This document shows positions 55,366-64,000 of a DNA stretch of 64,000 bases, piece by piece. Position 1 is the stretch's first letter. Each line of letters begins with the position of its first letter. This DNA is from Nitrospirota bacterium (GTDB lineage: Bacteria; Nitrospirota; UBA9217): assembly GCA_963751455.1 (NCBI GenBank), contig CAVVUN010000012.1:320001-384000 (forward strand), in the 5' to 3' direction. The position numbers and the translations under genes are program-made. Below the pieces are notes generated by a model. That model did no database searches, was not told the DNA's origin, and saw only the letters and a list, made by a program, of their open reading frames with translations.

Positions 55366-57549
55366 TTATGCCGCCTTTGTGATTAGTTCTCGGAACTTCT
55401 CCGCAGGCAGCGGCCTGCTGAACAGATATCCCTGCGCCTCGTCGCAGTCGGCGGAACGAAGGAAGGCGAGCTGCTCCTCGGTCTCCACTCCCTCGGCGAC
55501 CGTTTTTATTCCCATCTTGCGCGCCATCGAAGTGACCGCGCTGATGATCGCCCGGTCGTCGGGGTCATTCACGATGTCCTGGATGAACGATTTATCGATT
55601 TTGATACGCTCTATCGGCAGTTTCTTGAGATAGTTGAGCGACGAATAGCCCGTCCCGAAGTCGTCGATCGAGACATGCACACCCATGTCCCGAAGCTCCC
55701 GCAGTTGAGATGCCGTCTGCCCGACATCGCCCATGGCAGTGCTTTCCGTCACCTCCAGGTCGAGGCAGTCCGGCTCCATGCCGGTTTCCTTCAAGATCGC
55801 CGCTATCCTGTATACGAGGTCCGGTTTTTCGAACTGGCGCGCGGAGAGATTTACCGTAACACAAACCGGAGCCAGGTCCGAATCGATCCAGGACCTGACC
55901 TGGGCGCACACGGTCTTCAAGACCCATTCGTCTATTTCCGTGATGAAGCCTGTGTCTTCCGCCTGGGCAAGGAACCGGTCCGGCGTGAGGAATCCCTTTT
56001 CCGGGTGCTGCCATCTGACCAGCGCTTCGGCGCATATCATCCGCCTATTTTGAATGTCGACCTGAGGCTGGTAATAGATGACCAGTTCCCCCATGGCTAT
56101 ACTTCTGCGCAGCATGTTTTCAAACCGCATGCGTTCAAGGGACCTGACATTGATGGCCGAATTGTAGAACCGGAAGGTGTTCCTTCCGCTTTCCTTTGCG
56201 TGGTACATGGCGATATCGGCATATCTGAGCAGCGTATCGATTTCCGTGCTGTCGTCGGGATAGACGCTGATGCCTATGCTCGTGGTCACATTCAGCTCAT
56301 TCCCGGAGATCGAGAAGGGTGACCGGAAACGCCTGATTATTTTTTGCGCGATATCGCTGACGTCTTCCGGACGGGCGATATCGGCGAGAATGATGTTGAA
56401 CTCGTCCCCGCCGATCCTTGCTACGGTGTCCGATGCGCGGACTGTTTCCCTGAACATGCCTGCGGCCTGTTTCAGCAACTCGTCCCCGACATCATGGCCC
56501 AACGTGTCGTTGATTTCCTTGAACCGGTCCAGGTCCAGAAACAAAATCGCAAGCTTCCTTCGGTTCCGGCGAGCCTGCGCAAGCTCAAGATCGGCAATAT
56601 CTCTGAACAGCCGCCGGTTCGGAAGCCCGGTCAGCGTATCGTGATGGGCCAGATGCCTGATCTCCTCTTCCATCCGTTTGCGTTCGGTGATGTCCCGCAC
56701 GATGCCTATCGAGTGCCATTTCTCTTTAATCTTCAACGCAGCCAGCGAAAGCTCAACGGGAAATGCCGTGCCGTCTTTTCTTATTGCCTCAATTTCATAT
56801 AGCGCCCCTACATACGGCCCCTCTCCCGTTACCCTGAATACCTCAAAGCCTTTTTTATAAGATTCCCTGAGGTGCTCGGGCACGACCAGCAGGTGCATGT
56901 ATTCGCCCAGGGCCTCGCCGGAAGTATATCCGAACAGCTTCGTTGCCGCCTCATTCCAGAATGAGACCTTCCCGTCGTCATCCATGATGATGACCGCATC
57001 CGGCGCGGTCGCGGCAATGCCGCGGAACCTGTATTCGCTTTCGCTCAGCGCCTCTTCCGCCTGCTTGCGCTCGGAAACATCGCGGATGACGGCCATGACG
57101 ACAATATCGTCCCCGGCTTTCAGAGGTCCGAGGGCGATATCCACGGAGAATTCGCTTCCATCCTTTTTTCTGCCGTAAAGCTCCAGCCCCGTGCCCATCG
57201 GCCGGATACGGGGCCCGGACATATACTTCCTGCGATGCTCTTCGTGTATTTCCCTGAAGCGTTCCGGCAAAAGGATTTCATGATGGAGATCCGTCAATTC
57301 GTTCCTGGAATAGCCGAATAATTTCTCAGCCTGTTTATTGACCCTGATGATCTCGCCGCCCCGCCCGACAACGATGATGGCATCAGGAGCGAATTCGAAT
57401 AGTCCTTCGAACATTGCCCTGGTCCGGGTGAGTTCCTCCTGGTACTTCCTTTTGTCCTCCTCGGACCGTTCCAACTCAGTAATTCGGGAACGCAGCTCGG
57501 TCAGGTCCCTTATAAGCTGCTCTTTCGTAACATCTTCAGGTTCTTTCAT
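55366..57549 (-). CDS. PAS-PAS-GGDEF-EAL protein
   Basis: APDAII PAS with the RPMG.GLEL.GR (FixL-like) segment, a second PAS, IGGDEF, EALVRW, DDFGTG. Start set at ATG 57549. Confidence 0.94.
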   Translation of the reverse strand: MKEPEDVTKEQLIRDLTELRSRITELERSEEDKRKYQEELTRTRAMFEGLFEFAPDAIIVVGRGGEIIRVNKQAEKLFGYSRNELTDLHHEILLPERFREIHEEHRRKYMSGPRIRPMGTGLELYGRKKDGSEFSVDIALGPLKAGDDIVVMAVIRDVSERKQAEEALSESEYRFRGIAATAPDAVIIMDDDGKVSFWNEAATKLFGYTSGEALGEYMHLLVVPEHLRESYKKGFEVFRVTGEGPYVGALYEIEAIRKDGTAFPVELSLAALKIKEKWHSIGIVRDITERKRMEEEIRHLAHHDTLTGLPNRRLFRDIADLELAQARRNRRKLAILFLDLDRFKEINDTLGHDVGDELLKQAAGMFRETVRASDTVARIGGDEFNIILADIARPEDVSDIAQKIIRRFRSPFSISGNELNVTTSIGISVYPDDSTEIDTLLRYADIAMYHAKESGRNTFRFYNSAINVRSLERMRFENMLRRSIAMGELVIYYQPQVDIQNRRMICAEALVRWQHPEKGFLTPDRFLAQAEDTGFITEIDEWVLKTVCAQVRSWIDSDLAPVCVTVNLSARQFEKPDLVYRIAAILKETGMEPDCLDLEVTESTAMGDVGQTASQLRELRDMGVHVSIDDFGTGYSSLNYLKKLPIERIKIDKSFIQDIVNDPDDRAIISAVTSMARKMGIKTVAEGVETEEQLAFLRSADCDEAQGYLFSRPLPAEKFRELITKAA

Positions 57550-57561
57550 GTGGACCTCTGT

Positions 57562-57729
57562 GAGCAAAGAGCATGGCGCAGAGCGCAAAGGGTTAAAACG
57601 CTATGCGCCATGCGCTATGCAGGTTGCTCCCTCATCCCTCCACTCCGCAATCCGCACTCCGCCTGCACCCAGCGTTTACGAGTGCGTAAGCGCGAGAGCA
57701 GGGTGTGAGGGATTCCGCACTCCGCACTC
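57562..57729. repeat. Cluster of 7-nt-period repeats with a family-2 mini-element (57662-57705)
   Basis: GAGCATGGCGCAGAGCGCA...CGCTATGCGCCATGCGCTATGC hairpin; (CTCCGCA)n run interrupted by CCTGCACCCAGCG...GCAGGGTG. Confidence 0.65.
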
Positions 57730-60700
57730 ACTTCACCAGTTCCCGGAATTTATCCGCCGGCACCGGCCTGCTGAACAGAAACCCCTGCGCCTCATCGCAG
57801 TCAGAATCCAGCAGGAAGGCAAGCTGCTCCTCGGTCTCCACTCCCTCGGCGACGGTCTTGATCCCCATCCTGTGCGCCATGCAGGTAACCGCGTCTGATG
57901 ATCGCCCGGTCATCCTGGTCCGTCACGATGTCGCGAATGAACGATTTATCTATCTTGAGCCGCTCAATCGGCAGTTTCTTGAGGTAATTGAGCGACGAAT
58001 AACCCGTCCCGAAGTCATCGATCGAAATATGCACTCCCATCTCCTGCAGTTCCCGGAGTTGAGACGCGCTTTGCTCGACATTGCTCATGGCCGTGCTTTC
58101 CGTAACCTCCAGGTCCAGGCAATGCGGCGACATGCCGGTTTCCTGAAGGATTGTCGATATCATATTCACCAGTTCCGCGCTTTGGAACTGGCGACTGGAT
58201 AGGTTCACGGTAACGCATACGGAATCGAGACCCGAGTCCTTCCAGGCCCTGGCCTGCGTGCATGCCGTCCTGAGTACCCACTCGTCTATCGACGTTACGA
58301 ACCCGGTCTCCTCGGCAAGCGGCATGAAGTCTTTCGGCTCAAGAAGCCCTCTGTCCGGGTGGTTCCATCGCACCAGCGCTTCAGCGTAGCGTATTTTTTT
58401 CGACTTGATGTCGATCTGGGGCTGATACAGTACGGAAAGTTCCCCCCGCTTGATTGTCTGGCGCAGCCAGCTTTCAAGCTTCATGTGCTCAAGCGAATGC
58501 ATATTGATGGAAGGATTATAGAACCGGAACGTGTTCCTGCCGCTTTCCTTTCGCATGATACATGGCGATATCGGCGTACCGGAGCAGCGTCTCTGATATC
58601 GTCGCTGTCGTCCGGGTAAATGCTGATGCCGATGCTGGTCGTGGTATGCAGCTCATGGCCATCCAGCATAATCGGCTCCCGAAGGGAACGACAATGATTT
58701 TCTGCGCGATATCGCTGACATCTTCCGCGCGGGCGATGTCGGAGAGGATCATATTGAATTCATCACCTCCGATCCTGGCGACCGTGTCGGCTTCACGGAT
58801 CGTTCTCCTGAACCTCCGCGCGACTTCCTTCAGCAGCCGTCGCCGGCCTCGTGGCCCAGCGTATCGTTGACCTCCTTGAAGCGGTCGAGATCGAGAAAGA
58901 GCGCGGCCAGTTTGCTTCTGTTCCTGCGCGCCTGCTGCGAGTTCGACCTTGAGGATATCAGTGAAGAGCCGCCTGTTCGGCAAACCGGTCAGTGCATCGT
59001 GATGGGCCAGGTGCCGGATCTCTTCTTCCATCCGCTTGCGTTCGGTAATGTCCCTGAAAGTCACCACGGCGCCGACGATTGCGGCCCCCTCGTAAATAGA
59101 CGTGGTCGTGTATTCAACGGGGACAGCGGTCCCGTCCTTTCGCCAGAACACTTCATCTTTCACCTGCCGGGACATGCCGTCCCTCGCGGTTTTATAGATA
59201 TTGCATTCATCCTCGGGATAGGGACTCCCATCGGCCCTGGTATGGTGCCAGACCGTATGGCTGTGTTTTCCCATAAGCTCAGCCGGGAGCATAGCCGAGC
59301 ATCCGCGCCCCGGCGCTGTTCGCGAGAATATGGTTGCCCAAGCTGTCCATCCCGAAAATACCGTCGCCCGCGGATTCCAGGATCAGCTCCGTTTGACGGG
59401 TCATTTTCGAGAGCTCCTGCTCTGCCTGTTTTCGTTCCGAAATGTCCCGTACGATCGCAAGCAGCCGGACGTTGCCGCCAATGACCGCGCGTTTCAGGTT
59501 GACCTCGACCCAAAACAACTCCCCGTTCTTCCTTTTGGCCAGCCATTCGAAAAGCTGCGGATCGCCCTCGACGGCGCGCCGGATCCATTTCATCGAGTCC
59601 TGCCGGGAATACCCCGGCGACCCGGCACTGAGAGCTTCCACGTCCATACGCGTCGCCTCTTCGGACGAATATCCGTACATTTCGGACATCTTCCGGTTTA
59701 CCGCGATAATGGCCCCGGTCTGTATATCATGGATGAAAATAGCGTCGTTGGCCGTGTTGAAGATAGAGCGGTAATTTTCTTCCGATTTTTTCAGCGACTC
59801 CTCGACCTGCTTGCGCTCGGTGATATCCTGGGCAAAACCATAGACTTTTGCCACTGCGCCTGCGGGATCACGGACATACCGCCCGCGCGCCCTGACGATT
59901 CTGACCTCGCCCGTGTCCTGGCGTATGATACGATGTTCGATATCGTAGGGCCTCACTCCTTTGCGCACGTCGTCGAAGGCCTGCTCGATGGCCGGACGGT
60001 CATCCGTGTGGGCAATCTGAAGCAGCTCATCCGGGGTCAGCGTGCGCTTCAGACAACCATGTATAGCCAGCCACTCATCCGAGAAGGTCCACTCGTTTGT
60101 GACGAGGTCCCATTCCCATGCGCCGGAATGCGACAGTTTCTCGGCCTCAGACAGCAGCGTCTGGGTCCTCCGCAGGTCCTCCTCAGCGCGCTTGCGCTCG
60201 GAAATGTCCCGCACAATGCCGACCGCGCACCATTTGCCTTTTAATTTCAATGCAGCCAGGGAGAGCTCTACCGGAAATTCCGTCCCATCTTTTCTTATTG
60301 CCTCGATCTCGTATACCTTTCCAATAAACGGACCCTCCCCCGTGGTTCGGAATGCTTCAAACCCTTTTTTAAAAGCATCGATATGGCGCTCGGGCATGAT
60401 AAAAGAATGCAGGTACTTGCCGGAAATTTCCTCATTCGTATACCCGAACATCCTGGTTGCCGCGTCATTCCAGAAGGAAACATCTCCGTCGTTATCGATC
60501 AGGACAACCGCATCCAGCGCCGTCGAAGCAATCCTGTGAAGCCGCGCCTCGCTCTCTCTCAAAGCCTCTTCCGCCCGCTTGCGCTCGATGGCGTAGCGAA
60601 TGGACCGGAGTAGAAGACCGCTTTCAATCTCCCCCTTGAGCAGGTAGTCCTGCGCTCCGAGCGACAGCGCCTCCGCGGCAATTTTTTCGTCGGCATATCC

Positions 60701-60976
60701 GGTCAGAACAACAACGGGAAGATTCGGCGCCTGGCTCTGAATCTTCCGGAAGGTTTCGATGCCGCTGCTGTCGGGCAGTCCCAGATCCAGAAGCACCGCA
60801 TCGAACCGCTGCGCCCCCAGCAGCTTCAAGCCGGATGACAGCCGGTCGGCGGTATGGAGGAAACAAGGTTCTTCGCACTCAGACATCATTTCGCGGAACA
60901 ATTCGATGTCTGCAAAATTGTCTTCAATAAGAAGAACGCTGACAATTGGTTCCGTTGGCATCATACGCTCCGTCAT
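57728..60976 (-). pseudogene. REC-(PAS)x4-GGDEF-EAL gene broken by multiple frameshifts in its 3' half
   Basis: ORFs 59279-60988, 58516-59292, 57801-58556 and 57728-57913 carry consecutive domains. At least six frame changes between 57890 and 59295; these may be sequencing indels. Confidence 0.88.
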
Positions 60977-61422
60977 TTGGGCCTGCACGGCAGCTTGACC
61001 ACCGTGAGCCAGAAATCTTCTATCGATCTCACCACCTTCATGAACTGATCGAAACGGACCGGCTTCGTGACATAGCAGTTGGCATGCAATGTATAGGACC
61101 TGCAGATGTCCTCCTCTTCCTTCGAACTGGTCAGGATGACCACGGGAATTGCCTGCAGGTTCGGGTCGGTCTTTATTTCCTGGAGCACTTCTCTGCCGCT
61201 CTTTTTCGGAAGATTCAAATCCAGCAGAATAAGGTCCGGGGAGGGCGCTTCTGAAAAATTATCCTGACCCTTGAGAAACTTCATTGCCTGGACCCCGTCC
61301 GGGACGACATGGAGGTTATTACATACTTTGCCGTCACTCATGGCTTCTTTGACGAGATCAACGTCTCCCGGGTTGTCCTCTACGAGAAGAATGTCGATTG
61401 GTTTTATATTGCAAATGTCCAT
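60973..61422 (-). CDS. Single-domain response regulator (Rcp1-like)
   Basis: LLVEDN, LLDLNLP, LTSS, YVTKP, DFW. Confidence 0.93.
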   Translation of the reverse strand: MDICNIKPIDILLVEDNPGDVDLVKEAMSDGKVCNNLHVVPDGVQAMKFLKGQDNFSEAPSPDLILLDLNLPKKSGREVLQEIKTDPNLQAIPVVILTSSKEEEDICRSYTLHANCYVTKPVRFDQFMKVVRSIEDFWLTVVKLPCRPK

Positions 61423-61476
61423 GTCCTATGTCTCCTTTTGCGTACCTGCTCAGCTCCATTCTAAAGGATGAACAAA

Positions 61477-61586
61477 TTTACCGCGAAGGCGCGAGGAACG
61501 CGAAGGACGTCAAAAACAAAAGAGCTTTTGGTTTTAATTCAGGCCCCCAGGCTTTCCTTCGCGACCTTTGCGTCCTCGCGGTTCAA
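61477..61586. repeat. 9-nt-period palindromic element, inverted homologue of 21067-21176
   Basis: TTTACCGCGAAGGCGCGAGGAACGCGAAGGA ... TCCTTCGCGACCTTTGCGTCCTCGCGGTTCAA. Confidence 0.72.
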
Positions 61587-61702
61587 GCTTTTGATTCGGA
61601 GGTCATTCTGTCGCCCAAAGACAAGGTGAATAGTTACTTCTTTGTGATCTTTGCGGCTCCGTGTGATAAATGTTTTTTTACGTTGTAATCAATATGTATT
61701 TC

Positions 61703-64000
61703 TCACATCTTCCTTTCCGGCAAAGTAAAATAGAATGTGGCCCCTTCGCCGGGAATTGATTCAACCCAGATGCGGCCATGATGGCGCTCCACGATTCTTT
61801 TGCACAAGGCGAGTCCTATGCCCGTTCCGGAGTATTCCCCTCGGGTATGAAGACGCTGGAAGATCTGGAATATGCGGTCGAAGTGTTCCGGTTCGATGCC
61901 TATCCCGTTGTCCCGGATTGAGAAGACCCACGCGCGTCCCTCTCTTTTTGCCGCAACGTGCACCAAGGGAGGAGTGTCCGGCTTTCGGTACTTGACGCTA
62001 TTGCCGATGAGGTTCTGAAATAATTGTATAAGCTGGGTCTCATCGCCCGGGAGCGTGGGCAGCTCGTCCCTGGTGATCGCGGTCTTGCTTTCCTGAATAG
62101 AAGTCGTGAGATTGGAAACCGCCAGGGAAAATACCTTATTGAGCTCCACCGGTCCGAACTCGGCCCCGCGCCGGGCAATGCGTGAATAGGCAAGCAGTCC
62201 TTCGATAAGCTTCTGCATCCGTTCCGCGCCGTCCACGGCATAGTGGATGTATTTATCAGCCTTTCCATCCAGCCTGCCTTTGTACTTCTCTTCTAGAAGC
62301 TGGACATAACTCGCGACCATCCTCAAAGGTTCCTGCAGATCATGGGACGCAACATAGGCGAACTGCTCAAGCTCCCTGTTGGAGCGCGCCAGGTCCGCAA
62401 GCAGCCGCTCCCGCTCCTCCTCGGCACGCTTTCGCTCGGTAATGTCCTGTACGAGCGACAAAACGGAGACCATCTGCCCTTTGGCATCGAGCAAGATAGA
62501 GTTATACCACACGCACTCAATTACGGCACCCGACTTCGTGTAGTTGCGGTTGGAGGATACGACCGTGCGTTCCTTGCCGCTGGTCAGCCTCTCCATGGTG
62601 CGGTTAACGATGGGAATGTCGTCCTCGTATATCATGCGCAGATCCATAATAAGCTTGCCCACAGTCTCAGCGGCGCTCCAGCCGAACATCTTTTCCGCTT
62701 CACCTGCCCAGCGCGTGACGTTGAAATCCGCGTCCCACTCGACAACCGCCATCGGCGAGTTCTCAACATGAAATCGCAGCCGCTGCTCGCTGTCACGAAG
62801 AGCTTCCTCAGCTCGTTTTCGTTCTGTGATGACGTCGAATACGGCCACGAAGAATTCTTTTTCCGGACTGTACACTAAGATGGAGAACCACATCTTCAGC
62901 GTCTCGACGAACATTTCGAATCTCTCGGGTTTGCCGGTAAGGGACACTCTGCCGTAAATCTCAAAAAGTTCCAGATCGGCCTCCCGGATACCCGGTATAA
63001 CCTCTGTAACTCTCTTCCCTGCGACATTTTTCAAACCCGTCAGCGTTTCGAATGCATGATTGACCGAGAGATAGATGAAGTCCTTTGGTTTTCCATTCTC
63101 GAAGATCATCTTGCAGTAGGCATATCCTTCGATCATATTCTCGAATAATCCGCGGTACCGTTCCTCGCTTTTCCGTAATGCCTCCTCCGCACGTTTGCGC
63201 TCGGTGATGTCCTGCACCATACCCGCAGACCTGATGATCCTGTCTGTTTCGTCCCTGGCATGCTCGCATTTTTCATGGACGTACCGTATTTCTCCGGTAG
63301 ATTTCCGCACGACCCGGTGCTCGATCTCGTAGGTATTTCTTCCATCCCGCAGCGATCCGGAATACGCTTCGTCCACCGCCGCGCGATCATCAGGGTGCAC
63401 CGCCTCAAGAAAAGCTTCATAGGTTGCATCGAATTCCCGGGGCTGCAATCCGAAAATCCGGTAAACTTCATCAGACCAGGTAAGAACGTTGTTGACGACG
63501 TCGAGTTCCCAGCTTCCGAGGTGGGCAATCTCCTGTGACCTCTTCAAGCGGTTCTCGCTCTCGCGCAGAATCTCCTCCGCTTTCTTGCGATCGGTGACGT
63601 CGACGGTAATTCCAAGGAGAGCAGTTATTTCCCCCGCATTGTCATATAACGGGACCCCATGCGTGTTTAACCATAGTTTCTTTCCCTTCAGGCCGACAGC
63701 CTCAAACTCGAGTGTTCCCGCCCCGCCTCGGAAAACTTTTTTGGTGAGGTTTATAAAGGCGGACCTGTACAGAGAGGAAACCAGGGGATAAATGCTTTTC
63801 CCCTGGACCTGGCCAGGGCCGTCTGCTTCAATTATCTTAAGCCCTGCACGGTTCATTTTCAGCAGGGTGCCGTCTTCAGCCACGAGCTTCACGCAGGCAG
63901 GCGCATTTTCTATAATCGTTTCGAGCTCTCTTTCGCTCTGCTTCAATGCATCTTCCATCATCCTGCGGGCCGCAATCTCGCCTTCAAGATCGCGGTAAGA
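61703..64000 (-). CDS. Multi-PAS histidine kinase (5' end lies outside the window)
   Basis: Four PAS/PAC blocks, ASHDLQEPL, NLIGN, DNGIG, GTGIGL; the frame stays open to the window edge. Confidence 0.94.
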   Translation of the reverse strand, partial: SYRDLEGEIAARRMMEDALKQSERELETIIENAPACVKLVAEDGTLLKMNRAGLKIIEADGPGQVQGKSIYPLVSSLYRSAFINLTKKVFRGGAGTLEFEAVGLKGKKLWLNTHGVPLYDNAGEITALLGITVDVTDRKKAEEILRESENRLKRSQEIAHLGSWELDVVNNVLTWSDEVYRIFGLQPREFDATYEAFLEAVHPDDRAAVDEAYSGSLRDGRNTYEIEHRVVRKSTGEIRYVHEKCEHARDETDRIIRSAGMVQDITERKRAEEALRKSEERYRGLFENMIEGYAYCKMIFENGKPKDFIYLSVNHAFETLTGLKNVAGKRVTEVIPGIREADLELFEIYGRVSLTGKPERFEMFVETLKMWFSILVYSPEKEFFVAVFDVITERKRAEEALRDSEQRLRFHVENSPMAVVEWDADFNVTRWAGEAEKMFGWSAAETVGKLIMDLRMIYEDDIPIVNRTMERLTSGKERTVVSSNRNYTKSGAVIECVWYNSILLDAKGQMVSVLSLVQDITERKRAEEERERLLADLARSNRELEQFAYVASHDLQEPLRMVASYVQLLEEKYKGRLDGKADKYIHYAVDGAERMQKLIEGLLAYSRIARRGAEFGPVELNKVFSLAVSNLTTSIQESKTAITRDELPTLPGDETQLIQLFQNLIGNSVKYRKPDTPPLVHVAAKREGRAWVFSIRDNGIGIEPEHFDRIFQIFQRLHTRGEYSGTGIGLALCKRIVERHHGRIWVESIPGEGATFYFTLPERKM

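Overview
A bacterial chromosomal window, moderately GC-rich. Gene order and content suggest an anaerobe of the Nitrospirota/Desulfobacterota type (inference). From left to right it holds: (1) the AT-rich 5' end of a type-2 (archaeal/actinobacterial-like) valS, missing from the ORF track, and an IS256 scar; (2) cell-wall genes, namely an L,D-transpeptidase-MurC fusion and two D,D-carboxypeptidases; (3) accessory enzymes and a FadL-like porin / periplasmic protein / DsrE2 sulfur-relay operon; (4) a housekeeping run (tal, purH, tatD-rSAM, metG, ricT, holB, tmk, an SMC-like ATPase, a chorismate-binding enzyme); (5) an ORF-free 0.8 kb region with two tandem, separately promoted, highly structured ~270-300 nt putative ncRNAs that share a terminal helix; (6) a defence island (frameshifted type IIG R-M, Shedu-like nuclease, 1394-aa STAND NTPase with a C-terminal nuclease, membrane protein) ending near a decayed tRNA-Arg and a nucleotidyltransferase pair; (7) a 20 kb block of c-di-GMP and two-component signalling genes, including a porin / binding-protein / GGDEF-EAL module with no transporter. 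Intergenic DNA contains many small palindromic mobile elements: a MITE family with 5-bp target duplications, a four-level nested stack, a 41-44 bp element inserted into itself, and a REP inserted in frame in the R-M gene. Family assignments come from motif recognition only; no database searches or folding programs were run.
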